A stretch of 59,903 bases of DNA, from NCBI GenBank assembly GCA_013115125.1, contig JABANN010000156.1:1-59903 (forward strand). Direction: 5' to 3'. The position numbers and the translations under genes are program-made. The DNA comes from Perkinsus olseni (lineage: Eukaryota). Below the pieces are notes generated by a model. The model made no database searches. It had not been told where the DNA came from and saw only the letters and a list, made by a program, of their open reading frames with translations. Positions within the stretch are counted from its first letter, which is position 1, and each line of letters begins with the position of its first letter. This document shows positions 1 through 12,650 of this stretch, piece after piece.

Positions 1-3000
1 TGACGGTATCAATATACGCGTGAGGTTGGGGTCCGTCTGTATCACGAACCGTCAGGCAACAACGAGGACCTCATGAACCCCATTACCTTGGCCTCTATAC
101 CCTGAGCATGTAGCCAGTGCTGCAATGCATTCACCTCCTTATCACGATTGTCACCGAGGGTTATCTCTAAGCCTTGAATGCCTCCAGCAGGCATCTAAAC
201 GAATGAGCCGTCGCCAGGGATTGAACCCGTGCAACTAGACTCGTCGTACTGGTCTAGCTCCATCATCAGCCCCTCCTGAGTATCGATCCATGTCCTCCCG
301 TTTACCCATACCGCTCTGGTATTTAGAGCTCTCCAGCCAGTGGAAGGCATCACATAACGGAGGCAACGACCTGAACACCACCATCGTGAAGAGCATCGCG
401 GGGAGAAGGGGGACCTTACCCATGCCCGCCGCCTGCTTGCCGATCAGACTCGAGACCGCGTATAATCCGAATGAGCATCGATCGGACAGCCTTTGCTTGA
501 GGAGGCTGATCACCTACAAGGAAGCCACACCCCATCAGTCCAACCACGATTAACCTAAACAGTACATTTAACCAAGACGTGTATCCGTGCCTCGGTATCG
601 AAGTGGCGCAGATCAGGCATCTCCTCAGCTCCTCCACCTGATACGCATCATCATCCACTACACCAGAGCCGAGATCCACTTACCAACACTTCCATCCTTC
701 ATCCCCATACCCCTAAAGTATATCCGGCTCTGGGTGGCTGATTCCATCTCCTTATGATTTTGACCTGAGCCCCCACAGGATCTCTCCCTACACCCCCACC
801 TAGCAGCCCCACCTCTAGAGCCCACGATAGCTCTAACAGCATCACGACCAAGCATGCCAACACCCAGCAACTCGTCAAGGAATATGCGCTCGATCCACTT
901 ATATTTCTGATCTGGCAGTATCGGAGGCGGGGTAGCAGGGAGTATCTTGAGGTAGGACAGAAGACACTAACCATAGAGACCACAACGAGGCCCAGCCTAC
1001 CGGCTTGATAGTTCCAGTGGAACTAGCCTCGTTCTCAGCCGCTGTTGCCTGAGATATGCATGGAGTACAGTCTGCCTGCACGCTCGGACGCAAGTTCTCA
1101 CCTGATCCGCCAGACCCTCCTCCGCCTTCACGGCACTAGCATTTGCTAATGACCTTTCAAAGTGTTCCTTCCAATCATTCGGTAACCATTGGCCGGCGTT
1201 GTACCTGCGTGCAGGGAATGCTCGTACCACTCCTTTCCGAAATCATCCTCGCAGACTCACAGTATGCGAACCATCTCCACTATCTCATCACTCCAATCCT
1301 TGCCCGCAGCCTCAGCGTTCGAGATTGCTGTCTCCACATCTAGGTACCTGTGGTTACCAGCTGAGAGGAGTGTGGTCTAATCCAGCCCTACGTCCGATTG
1401 AGTTGGAACTGCTCTTGGTAGTGGCGATTCTTGGCCCACTCCTGTGCCCTTCTACCCCCTCTTTTAACACATTCCAATAGTACAAAGGCACTATGGTTAC
1501 ACTGGCAGAACCTAGAAAGAATGAGGGTTGACAGTACGGACGTCACCGCGACTACTACTACTACTACCTGCAACGTGTAGTGCAAGTGTGACCTTGATGG
1601 GCTCCATGGCAGTTCCAGCAGACCTGACCATATCAACTTGATCATGTGCGGCAGGGAGATGAGGACGACGCTGTGGAAAGAGGTTCGGATACATGCTTTC
1701 GTATAAGATAGAAAAGCACAGCTCCAAGACGCCTTGCCAAGGCGGCCTTGGTTGCAACAATCACACCACCGCTACTCCTACCAACCATGCGGGCCCATAC
1801 CGACCTTCCGTCTAACCCCACAATCAGCAGGTTTATGTGTAATATCATCACAGTTGAGGCACAGGGCTCCCTGTATGAACGCATCCCTCATCTGCTGGCG
1901 TGATAGCCTTAATGGTCTAATGAGCTCTGTTGGAACCTACCATCACAAACCCCGTCACCACCAACCCACTCCGCCCTACTACCACCACTACCTCTGGATC
2001 GCTCTCACCATAGTCGTCTTGACTCTCATGATCATCATAATCCGACACTAACTCTTGTAGTTGAGGTTGGAGTGCCCCCAGAGGCAAGGATAGCATATAC
2101 CTCGGGATTCGGACTGAGGGGAGATCCTCAACATCACCAAGGGCCAAAGCACAACAGATTCAACGACACTTGGATTCTGAACGCTACACTAGCACCGCAC
2201 CGTCATTCCCTCTACAAAACATACTCCTCAGTTACACTAAGTCCCAGTCAAGTACACAGAGTTAGTCAACCCGTTGCCATTGGAGTGATGAATGATGAAG
2301 CCAGCAGTAGAAGGCCCCTCACTACCAGATCCTGCCTCATCTCCCAACAACCGGTTTATTTGCTTGATACCCTCTCGATACCTGACGACCTGCATGACAA
2401 CAGTCCGAATCAACCCATCCTTAGTACATAGCCTTCCGCCTTAGACCACCGATGAAGTGTACTCTATCATAGTCAATGATAATAGCACCTCCATGACGTA
2501 GCCATCTCGGCCAAGCCGCGCATGCTGCTCGCAGCTGAAAGGATATGCATGCTTCTTGATACAACGGATGGAGGTATCACCTTATCAATGATGTCATTCT
2601 TCCGACTACCCTTTGGCAAAAACCAAACATGATTCTGTTGCCGGTTGAGGCTGCACTCGGGGTACCTAACGACGAGAAGTGCCACCGCCGCCAGGGATCG
2701 AACCCACGCTCGTACTCATCAACGATCAGGGTACGATAGTCTCCAGCAAATACAGTGAGCTTCGGGCTCACCAAAGCAACGTGACAAGAGAGCAAGGGTT
2801 GAGTCGGCTGCTCCCTCTTCGCAGTCAATGGCGGCTGAACGACCTGAAGTGAGCGTAATCAAAGCACCCTAGCCAGGGATCGAACTCAGGACCCCTACCG
2901 GTCCATCCTCTGCCCCTCCCTTCTGCAGCACGCTCTGAGCTAGCTCATCAGCCGCCACTTGATACTGTTGTCGCATATGATGTATCCATTGCAGCAAGTC

Positions 3001-6000
3001 CTGTAGACTGAGCCAAAGCCGTTGAGGCCGATAGCCAGTTGCAGAGGGCTCTGGTGGGGACACGGAATTCATCTGAGACAGTGATCAAGATAGTAGATGC
3101 AGAGGGTATCATCACAACAAATAACTTACCGACAAAGTACAACTTAGACGAGGCGTCTCGGCTACCCAGAATGAGTCCCACTGGACGCTCTCTGGCTCCT
3201 GCTGTGTAATACGGTATCGTAGTTGTGACGGGTATTTATTAATACCCAGATCATGGACTGAACAGGATCGAAAATATCGACGACATCGATAGCAGGAGAC
3301 TTCCCACCCTTCTGGTCTAGAAGGTCCCGCATGATCACCTCATTCGACATCATACCACCTCGCCCCCGGATCTACAAGGAATAACTGCAGAGCCCGGAGA
3401 TCGAACTCGGGACCTCTTACCAACATCTCAGCCGTCATCCACTGCTCCTCACCGGACAATCTGTCCAGAGTGAGCATAGAAGCATCCTCGCCACTCAGTT
3501 GTAGCGGTGGCTGGGACACTAAATGCGAGTCCATGTTACTGGACATCTCCATTTGTATCAGCCCCCACACCTAAGACCATCACCTCTTAGCTTCTACTAC
3601 CCCGCCGGCCGACAAGCAGCAGCAGCAGCAGCTTACATGCATCGACAAGTCGCTCTTCTCTACAGCCTTCTGGAACTTGCCATGCCATGTTACGTCCAGA
3701 GCACCAGGGTCCAGCATACGGGCTGAAATAACAAGGCGCAAAATACCAAGCCTGGGATTCGAACCTGGCTCATCCCCTACATATAATATCGACCTTGACG
3801 TACAAAGGCACTCCGAATTTGTTGCAGACGGCCTGAATCAACTCCAGTTCCGACGAAGTAGATCTCGAGAACTTGTTCACTAGCCGGTGAATCTGACAGC
3901 GAGTTCTTGCGATCTTGCGCTTCCTCGAGTATCCTCAACTTACATCTTTAACCTTCCCGCGGTTGTACGCCTTGTAAATCTCCTTGACGACATTGAATAC
4001 TTGCTCTTGTCTCTGCGTCTTCTGCCTCTCATGGTAAGTCTCCACGACAGAGGCCTATGCATAGCCATCCAGCACCCAGGTTCGATCCCATCACCCGACA
4101 TTACCAGCCTCTCTTCGTCGACAGCCACTCCGTACTTATCACACACAGCCAAATACACGTACAATTCCCTCGAGCGGTACTGCGTGAAGACCGTATGCTC
4201 AATTGACCCTGAGCCCATCATGGCAAACAACAGAGTGGTGATAGCGGCCGCCTACTTAGCAAGTCCGGGTTGTACACGGCCAGTACTTCCCTTATGAGCT
4301 CCAGTATACCGTACTCAGGACAGCTAGGTGGATAGTACGTCCCTGAACCCATTGGTGACTGGATGCTTAAGTGGTATGCTAATGCATGCACCAAAATATG
4401 ACGGAATTGACAGGTACGAACCCACGGATACGTCGAGTATCCGCGTACACGAAAACTAGTATCCTCAAAAATTTCGGCAACGCAGCCGTCGCAGGACAGG
4501 ACGTATGCAGTAAAAGGCATACCGCGGATAGTGCACTCGGGTGCTCAACTCTGTTAAGTTGCCCAATCGTACTACCGGGCCTGCAGCCACGCCCTTCATC
4601 ATATTTTTGGCGAATGGCAGCCACCACCTGCGCCTCCTGGTTGGCATTCTTAGCCAGAATATCCTCAATTTCATCCAACTTTGCTGGGTTGTATGTTGCA
4701 TAGAGTGACCGTGCCTGACAGGCTCCGAGATAAATCGAAAAAATAAAAATGCGGGACACTATCGAGGTGGTGATCGATACTAACCCAACTCTTACACTCG
4801 CCAAGCAGTACGCGGCAAACTCTTCCATTGTCTTGTAGTTCTTGATGTTGGACTCGGTCGCAAATTCGGCACCTAACCCAACGCTCCATCGCCCCCCCCT
4901 CTCCCCTGTCTATTACAGTCAACGCCGTACTTCTTGCAGATACTCTCGTACAGGGCCTTCAGTGTTGCCGAGTACTTTGCTATAAGGCCGGGCATCTGAC
5001 CAACAACACCCAGTCGTACCTCCCTCCCACAACCACGAGATATCACCTCCGAGAGCTTGCTGGGATTTTTGGCAGCATACACTAAATGGATTAGGGTACA
5101 GATATCACCCTCATCAGTATCCTCAGATTCACCAAACCTAAGCAAGAGCACACTCGCGACTACCCAGGAGCCGAGTGTGCGCTACATCTCATTTTGTGCT
5201 TTAGTGAACTCCGCCACTATGGGGTCATCAACAGCCTCAGCGGTTTCCTCCATTTCAACTGAATAGCGCGGTATGATTCTAGCGGAGCGATGCAAAAACA
5301 GAATGGATGTAAGCATTACCATCGTTGGAGCCATTAATCAAAGCATCCACATCAACATCAGCTACACTGCCTCCACCTTCTCCCTCGCTGAACTCCTCCA
5401 CTTTAGTAGAATTTTCTTCCTTCAAGGCAGCCATCCAAGAGCATATAGCCCGAAACGTTGACACGTTCATGAGGTTGTAAGACGGTGAGCCAGTAGCATG
5501 CACATGGTGATGGCGATTGAACCAATCTTGAAGCATCTTTGACGTCATCGTTGGTTGCAGCCTGAGTTGTCGCGCCAACCTCAATAAGCATTCCTTGAGA
5601 TCAGCTCGAGTGGCCTCATCCAAGCCCTGTAGATTGGCCGTCATGCTCCACATGAGGTCCACTACAGCTTGCTCGTATTGCAGATCAGCCGTTACCGACG
5701 ACTCCGCATCAGTGCCGTAGAGGTACTCTATGAAGAGCTTATTAACCTTAGTCTCCGGTAGATACCGCACACCCGCCGTGTTGACGATTCTCAGTACTGC
5801 ATTCTGTTTCAAATCATCTACCATGCCTGCCAACCACGGACATAACTTCATTATTCCACATCACTATTACTACCAAATAATCCTCCGCGGAATCTTGCAA
5901 CCGGGATAGGGCGAGGCGGCAGTGCTCCTCGATTTCCCATAGTGGTATCCGAAGGGGTTGGCTGATACCCCTACACCAGAAGAACGATGAACCATGTTCC

Positions 6001-6722
6001 CTACTTCATTATACTAGATACACTATAACCTAGTGTCCTGTGTGGGACTGTGGCTGGGGTATGATTCAAATTAATCCCCTGTACTTTCCTCGTACAACAA
6101 CACACACTGAGCGCTATAGTTCCACGACTCAATCCCACCGCGACACGGTTTTGAATGTCGTTATCACCTTCATCTTCTCATCCTCATTGGGTTTCCGAGG
6201 TTGCTGCTCGGCCCCAGTGGCACCATTGGTAGGCTCCTCCTTAAGGTCCTCATCATCACTAGACTCGCTGTGCGATGTATAGTCATCTCCAGATGCTAAC
6301 CCAGAGCAAGACACATCATTTTCATGCCGCGCGAATTGACCGCCTTACAGCTCGATCGACTGGGACTCCGTTTTCGGTAGACCTTTCGAACGACCCCCTT
6401 AGGCCCTGTTACTGCCTCGGTCGGTTTTCTGCCTCTGAAGCGCTCTTTTTTCTGCCGCAGCGTCTGATTACCACCAAGATACCGAGTAAGACCATGACCG
6501 ACGCTGTCAACTATACCTCCTTCACGTCATTAAGACCGGATCCAATATTGCCCGATGGTTCCCAAGTGAGCTCTCGAGAGTTTTTCCATTTGACCAGGAA
6601 CCTGCCACACCACATCTTCCCCGTATCTATCACTCTCGGCCATATTATTACTCTTCTTTCCTCCCCGATATCTTCCGCACGTCCAACAAGGCCTGAACTT
6701 CGTAATACTCAGGAGAGGCCAT
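1..6722 (-). CDS. Large multi-exon chromodomain protein with four 'YNPxKL...KY' helical repeats; 3' end runs off the window
   Basis: Hand splicing from ATG 6722 gives MASPEYYEVQALLDVRKISGRKEEFLVKWKNSRELTWEPSGNI (chromodomain signature). A basic/acidic linker and repeats such as LYATYNPAKLDEIEDILAKNANQEAQVVAAIRQKY follow. Successive ORF fragments join in frame across ~50-nt GT-AG introns. Continuity below ~2500 was only partly checked. Confidence 0.7.
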
Positions 6723-6803
6723 GACTACTACCAAACGGCGGCAGAGAACGAATTGAAGACGACCAGGAGCAAGGAAAAACTAACACAGAGAGATCACCGA
6801 GCT

Positions 6804-8178
6804 ATGACCATCTCGTACAGAGTGGTAGTTGAGACCGCAGCGGTAGTGAAGCCTCCATGTGCCGTAACTGCTGTCCCGTGCTCTACTGTCCGCCTACTAC
6901 ACCGGTTGGACTATTGGAGACTAAAAACTAACATATCCGCGACGAAAGAAGCAAGTACATGATTCGGGGCCCGTCAAGGGCTTTAACGCCAGCAGCATTC
7001 ATGATCACATCGGCATCAGTTCCCACACGTTCAATCATTCTACAGTTGGACTAGCCGCTCCATCTGCCCAGCCTGCAAACATTGCACCAGTCTGGTTCTA
7101 CACAGGCATATCGATCACCAGGGCGCACGCTCATGACAATTGGTCGGTAAATCTTCCTACGACCAGCGCAATCACGGTGCGCCCTTTCCTTGAAGCTGGA
7201 CCAGCCTCTATAACATCCACGGTGGAGACGACTTGCTCCCTCCGTTTACAGCTGACGATGTTCGGAGAAGACTCGGGACAGGTCTAATGCCCTCCGACCG
7301 CTCCTGACGGGTCAGTAAGTGAGCTGCTCCGTCGTGTGTTGCCCATACCTGAATGGTCTAGATTTCTATCGACCTTAGTGTCGTTATCGCTCTTTTTGAT
7401 GGCCTCTAGTCTCCTCTGCCGTACCCTCTCACGCCGTGTGGTGCCATCTGGACTGGTGTTCCCGATGGCCATGACCCCGAATCGCTGTTTTTCTATGCTG
7501 ACAGTGGACAGGTTCACCAGGGCCGAGGCCCTCCAGCGAGCTTCCAACCTCTACTATCAGGTCGGGGTTCCTCTGCATTCTTCCATCTCGATGATTTCTC
7601 GCCAAGGTACTCGGCACGAACTGGGAGGATGGACTCAATCTCGTACTGGACGTCCCTTTCTGGGAATCGGAACTCGAGAAGGTAAGGCGTCCTCCACTCA
7701 AGAGCAGCTTACGTTACCATTGTAGGTCGATCATATGTGTGAGCCCTACTTGTGTGACGATGAGATCGGCCCTATCATACGCGGCCTTCATGAGACTATG
7801 AACTGTATGTACGCCTGTGAAGATGTTAGGGACCATATTAATGAGCTTATGGAGCTGTCAAGTCGCGCTGAAGGTGAGTGTTTAGATGACGGGTGCCGGG
7901 ATCGATCCAGAGACCCCAACCAGGCGTTATGGGCTCCGGCGCTGCCGCCTCCGAAGAGGTTGAAAACATGCCAGAACAGTGCGCCATGGTGACTAAGGCC
8001 TACGAGGATCTCCGCGAAAGGTATGAAGTATTCTAACACCTCTAGCGCTCACTCGATGTCAACTGTAAGATACCCGGACCACCATCCGAAGATCGAACAG
8101 ACCGTGGGACACGGACTCGCTATACTGCGCCAGCTCGAGAAGTTCAACTTCAAGAGCAGCCATCGATACTTCTTTTAA
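6804..8178 (+). CDS. Multi-exon hypothetical protein
   Basis: Spliced fragments include VLGTNWEDGLNLVLDVPFWESELEK|VDHMCEPYLCDDEIGPIIRGLHETMNCMYACED and KIEQTVGHGLAILRQLEKFNFKSSHRYFF*. Start uncertain. Confidence 0.5.
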
Positions 8179-8368
8179 ATGCTCTTCAACAGAGTAATTT
8201 CGTGGCGCAGTGAAGGCTGTATGTCATACGTTTTTGGATCATCTATGGCGACGGTTAAGAGAATGAACATGACGAGATTGTTTGTTTTCGTCCCGCGTTA
8301 GTGTCGTGTTACTGGACATTCGCTGAGGTGATGAATACTCTCCTTGTAGCTACTATTGTTATCCAGCA

Positions 8369-9355
8369 ATGGCTCCTCGACAATCGAGAAAGCATTCCGG
8401 CGGTATAACAGTCGGTCTGGCAGATCTGGGCCGTACTTTACCTCATCTCTGTCCAACACCGCTGCCCTCACAGGTGACCTCACACTGGCTTTCTCATCGC
8501 TCTATACTGCTGTTCTCAGAGCTTAGCATCACGTATGGCATCAGCGCGGCCGTCACTACCGGCAGCAGCATTAGAGGAGAGACCAGTACGTCAGGCACCG
8601 AAGTTTGTGCCTCGTGAAGATGTTCGGATTTTACCTCATCCCCCGAAAGGCCGGCAAGAATCTCCGGACACGCCGGAGCTAGCGCCACGGATGTCGGGGG
8701 AGACTCTGGTAGAACTATGGGATGCCCCTATCGAGGAGACTCTGCCCGATTCGAAGTTGGCTAAGGAGATTGTAGCCTCTCGAACGAGTCCAGTTTTCAG
8801 TCCTAAGATGGGGCATGTAAGTCGTTATCGAAGGCGGAGAGACCCTCAAGATACTGTGTCAGGTACGGATATTAGCACGGCCGCATTCCAGTACAGAAAG
8901 TACAACGCAGTCTCCTCCTATGTCGACCGGTGCCAAGTCTCCTACAGCCGAACCGCCACCACCGACAGCAGCAGCAGAAGAAGCACGGCCAAGTTCACCA
9001 GGCGACTCCCCGGCAGTTGACAACGACTCTACCGAGATAGTTCCGCCCACGGACGTATCTTTACGAGAGAGCAGCGGGTCTAAAGTGATTGCGAGTCGGA
9101 AGTTGCCTGTGACCAAACTCAAAAGTGATAGGGATCGTCCATCAAAAGAAGAACAGAAGAATTCCGAAGCTGACGGTAGGCAATCATATTCGTGCATTGT
9201 TAACTCGAACTTCGTTCTCGTCAGATACCAGTGCACCGGCGGCTTCGACGAAGCCTCGACGGCATCGGAAAGGGAAGGGCAAAGGTGGCGGCAGTCGGCG
9301 GCAGGATCGGCACTACAAGCAGTGGAATTACAACTCCTATTACTATTACTACTGA
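8369..9355 (+). CDS. Low-complexity (Pro/Ser/Arg-rich) hypothetical protein
   Basis: ORFs at 8369, 8535, 8920 and 9125 can be linked by short GT-AG introns; ends RHYKQWNYNSYYYYY*. Confidence 0.45.
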
Positions 9356-9924
9356 GACAGCGTTGTTGCCACCTCCATGCTGGAGACAGCAGCAGCAGTT
9401 ATAACTAAACTACAACAATTCATCAGATTTTGTCACTTTTGCTTATGTTTTCCCATTATTGTGACAATCGTCGTATCATTTGACTTGTGAACGACATCCG
9501 TTGTGTACACAGTTTGAGCATCAATATCAAGCGTTTGGAAACATGAGCATCCGCCCAGAATGATTCGGGATTATACAACAGAGCTGAGTACAATGGACGA
9601 GGCTGCATCAATTATAGGCGCCTACCCAATTTTTTATTCGGGAGTACTAAACGCACGAGAAATAGCACGATTATCCAAGTGAAAAGAACTCAACAGATGT
9701 GGTTGCGTACCGAATAGTGGTATATCAGGGTTTTCTCACTCTGTAAGTAAATTGAACTTGCCTTATGACATTCTCACTTTCTCCAAACACTCCTAATGAC
9801 AACACAATAAAGTTCCTTCCGTAGCATCAGGTAAACTAAGTTCCAAGTTTAGGCCAATCGTAATAATGCAATTATCCACTGTTGCGACAACACTGCTGTC
9901 AATATATATCACCACGGCTGGGAG

Positions 9925-9960
<36 letters not shown>
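9925..9960. repeat. (CAT)12 microsatellite downstream of eEF2
   Basis: Perfect trinucleotide run read directly. Confidence 0.95.
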
Positions 9961-9963
<3 letters not shown>

Positions 9964-10093
9964 CAATTTAAGTGATAACAAATGATCATCTTTTTTATAA
10001 CCGAGGCCGGGAATCAACAGAGAACGACGCAGCAGCTTCAAACTACACCAGCAGCGGCGGCTGCAGCAGCTTTGAAATGGTTCTATTGAGAGC

Positions 10094-12610
10094 TTAGAGC
10101 TTATCCATGTAGTTGGAGAGATCGGGCATCTCGACCTTGATGTTCTTGCGCTTACGGATGTTGAGAACGAGCTCCTGAGCCTTGGAACCCTCCTGCATCG
10201 GGTCACCGGGAAGAGCCTCCCAATGATCGAACACGCACTGAGGGAAGGCCTGACCAGAGGTGGCCTGACGAAGGGCACCGGTGAAGCCGAAGGACTCAGC
10301 AACGGGCAAGTAGGCCTTGAGCTGAAGAAGAGGGGTACCCTCCTTCTGGTTCTCCTCGAACACGCAACCACGACGCATGGTGAGGACGTTGTAGATACCA
10401 GACATGGCCTCAGTGGGAGCAGTGATCTCAGCGAGGAAGACAGGCTCCTGGAGAGCAGGGCTGGCGAGCAACTCAGCAGCGAAGCAGACACGACGAGTGG
10501 CAGGCATGAGCTGACCGGCACCACGATGGATAGCATCAGTATGCAAGGTAACATCCTGGAGGTTGAAGCGGATACCACGCATGTTCTCCTCACAGAGGGG
10601 ACCCTCCTTAGAAGCCCACTGGAAGGCAGAGTTGACATGCTCCTTAATCTCATTAAGGTACTGGACACCCTGGGTGACATCGACGACGACGTTGGCACCC
10701 TCAGTCTCGGGACCGAAGCACCAGATCTTACGGGCGGCGTTGATATCCCAGTCGTACTTCTCAGCAAGCTCCTTAGCGCGCTCCTTAGGATCGACACGAG
10801 GGCCCAACTTGCCGCTCTCGATCTCAGCGCTGACCTCATCACCAAGAGGCTCGGCAGTCACGAACAAACGGTTATGCTTGTTGGGGGACTTGGCAAGAGC
10901 AGTCTGGCTGGAGGTAGCAGTGACGGTCTCTCTGTAAGAGACGACGGGATCAGAGACAGTGAAGTCGCACTGAGCATACTCATCCTTAAGATCCTTGAGG
11001 CAGATCTCAACGTGCAACTCACCGCAACCAGCAATGATATGCTCACCAGACTCCTCGGTGGTGCAGACAACAAGAGGATCGGACTTGGACAACTTCTTAA
11101 GACCCTCAACGAGCTTGGGGAGATCCTTACCATCCTTGGGCTTCACGGCAACACGCACGACAGGAGACACGGAGTACTTCATATCAGCGATGTTATGAGC
11201 ATCAGGGATATCAGTGATGGTACCGGACTTAAGCAAGTACTGATCAACACCGACCAAGGCGCAGGTGTTACCGCAAGGGATATCAGAGACCTGCTCGACA
11301 TAACGACCCATCATAAGAACAGTACGCTGGATGTTCTTGATGTTCAAGTCATCCTTAGAGCCGGGCATGTAATGGGGTCCCTGGATACGGACCTTCTTAC
11401 CAGTAGCAATGGTACCAGAGAAGACACGGCCGAAGGCATAGAACCTACCCTTATCAGAAGTGGGAACCATCTTGGAGATGTACATCATGAGAGGACCATG
11501 GGGATCACAGGCGCGGATGGCGTTAGCAGCGGCATCATCCATAGGACCTTCGTAAAGGTTCTCAACACGATACTTCTGGGCGAAGACGGGACTGGGCAAA
11601 TGATCAACGATCATAGCCAAAAGAGTCTCGGCGGCAGGCAACCAAGTCTGCATGACCTTCTTCATCAAAGGCTTGCCAGTGAGAAGCTTATCATCACCCT
11701 TGAGGGTGATGTTAAGGGACTTGAGCATCTTCTCGTACTTCTCCTTGTCCTCGTTCATGATAGCGCGGATCATCATAGTGATGGGCTCAATGATGAACTG
11801 GCAGAAGGCACGAGGGAGGGGCTTGCCGGTGTGACCAGCGGGCTCGGAGACGTTAGTCCAGGAATGCTTCTTGGCGTTGAAGAAGGTATCACCCCAGAGA
11901 CGCTTCATCATCTTGGACTTAGGGACACCGAACTTAGAAGCGTACATCTCGGCGAACCTCTCGATGGAGAAAGCCCAACCATGAAGACCAGAACCGAAAG
12001 CGACGGTGCCTTTCTCGGGGTAGACTTGGCAATCGCCCATGAGCTCATCGTTGTAGGTGGCGATGATAACGTTGACATCCTCAATGCACTTACGGAAGTT
12101 GAGGTACATTTCCTCAGGGTCCATCTGCAACTCCAAGATGCATCTATCGACCTTGTTCATGAAGAGAACAGGCTTGACCCTCTCGCTCAAGGCCTGACGA
12201 AGCACAGTCTCGGTCTGGACAGCGGTACCCTCAATGCAATCGACAACAACCAAAGCACCATCGGTAACACGAAGGGCAGCAGTAACCTCAGATGAGAAAT
12301 CAACGTGACCGGGAGAATCGATAAGGTTAATGAGGTAACCGTGCTCCTTGTCCTGGTCCTCGGCCTTGTACTCGTAGAACAGAGAGACACCAGTAGACTT
12401 GATAGTCACACCACGCTCCTGCTCATCAGCACGAGTATCGGTGAAACGGGCATCACCAGCGGCCTTAGAAGAGATAATACCGGCACGGCAGATAAGAGAA
12501 TCGGTCAAAGTGGACTTGCCGTGATCGACATGAGCAATGACACTCATGTTACGGATGTAAAGAGGCTCATCCATAGCCGCGCGCATCTCCTCCACTGTGA
12601 AGTTCGGCAT
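10094..12610 (-). CDS. EEF2: Translation elongation factor 2
   Basis: Intronless 838-aa ORF with [27 protein letters not shown] and the diphthamide loop [12 protein letters not shown]. Confidence 0.99.
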   Translation of the reverse strand: MPNFTVEEMRAAMDEPLYIRNMSVIAHVDHGKSTLTDSLICRAGIISSKAAGDARFTDTRADEQERGVTIKSTGVSLFYEYKAEDQDKEHGYLINLIDSPGHVDFSSEVTAALRVTDGALVVVDCIEGTAVQTETVLRQALSERVKPVLFMNKVDRCILELQMDPEEMYLNFRKCIEDVNVIIATYNDELMGDCQVYPEKGTVAFGSGLHGWAFSIERFAEMYASKFGVPKSKMMKRLWGDTFFNAKKHSWTNVSEPAGHTGKPLPRAFCQFIIEPITMMIRAIMNEDKEKYEKMLKSLNITLKGDDKLLTGKPLMKKVMQTWLPAAETLLAMIVDHLPSPVFAQKYRVENLYEGPMDDAAANAIRACDPHGPLMMYISKMVPTSDKGRFYAFGRVFSGTIATGKKVRIQGPHYMPGSKDDLNIKNIQRTVLMMGRYVEQVSDIPCGNTCALVGVDQYLLKSGTITDIPDAHNIADMKYSVSPVVRVAVKPKDGKDLPKLVEGLKKLSKSDPLVVCTTEESGEHIIAGCGELHVEICLKDLKDEYAQCDFTVSDPVVSYRETVTATSSQTALAKSPNKHNRLFVTAEPLGDEVSAEIESGKLGPRVDPKERAKELAEKYDWDINAARKIWCFGPETEGANVVVDVTQGVQYLNEIKEHVNSAFQWASKEGPLCEENMRGIRFNLQDVTLHTDAIHRGAGQLMPATRRVCFAAELLASPALQEPVFLAEITAPTEAMSGIYNVLTMRRGCVFEENQKEGTPLLQLKAYLPVAESFGFTGALRQATSGQAFPQCVFDHWEALPGDPMQEGSKAQELVLNIRKRKNIKVEMPDLSNYMDKL

Positions 12611-12632
12611 TTTGGCAAGTGGTCCTTGGGAA

Positions 12633-12650
12633 CTAAAAATGATAATGACA
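12633..12650 (-). promoter_or_regulatory. Candidate 3' splice / spliced-leader acceptor upstream of eEF2
   Basis: Minus strand reads TGTCATTATCATTTTTAG|TTCCCAAGG, 22 nt before the ATG. SL trans-splicing is known in perkinsids, but use of this site is inferred. Confidence 0.4.

Noticed and set aside
2497-2515. CGTAGCCATCTCGGCCAAG, resembling the dinoflagellate/perkinsid spliced leader
   Set aside because: It is antisense within probable coding sequence, has no GT donor after it, and is not upstream of a gene. Similar partial matches at ~15700 and ~23421 suggest such hits arise by chance, e.g. from antisense Met-Ala codons.
195-4104. Intact tRNA genes at the GTTCGA sites
   Set aside because: No D-arm, anticodon arm or 7-bp acceptor stem can be built; only T-arm-like pieces are present (reported as a finding).
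5880-6030. Chromo-shadow domain (HP1-like) in QPLRIPLWEIEEHCRLAL
   Set aside because: The resemblance is too weak and local splicing is ambiguous.
1-9400. Degenerate retrotransposon or alternative genetic code suggested by fragmented ORFs
   Set aside because: The stops fall inside removable GT-AG introns, and no RT, integrase or transposase motifs were seen.
10223-12295. 690-aa antisense ORF (and the 350-aa alternative-frame ORF 9793-10845) over eEF2
   Set aside because: Explained by strong eEF2 codon bias (few TTA/CTA/TCA codons); the translations have no recognisable motifs.
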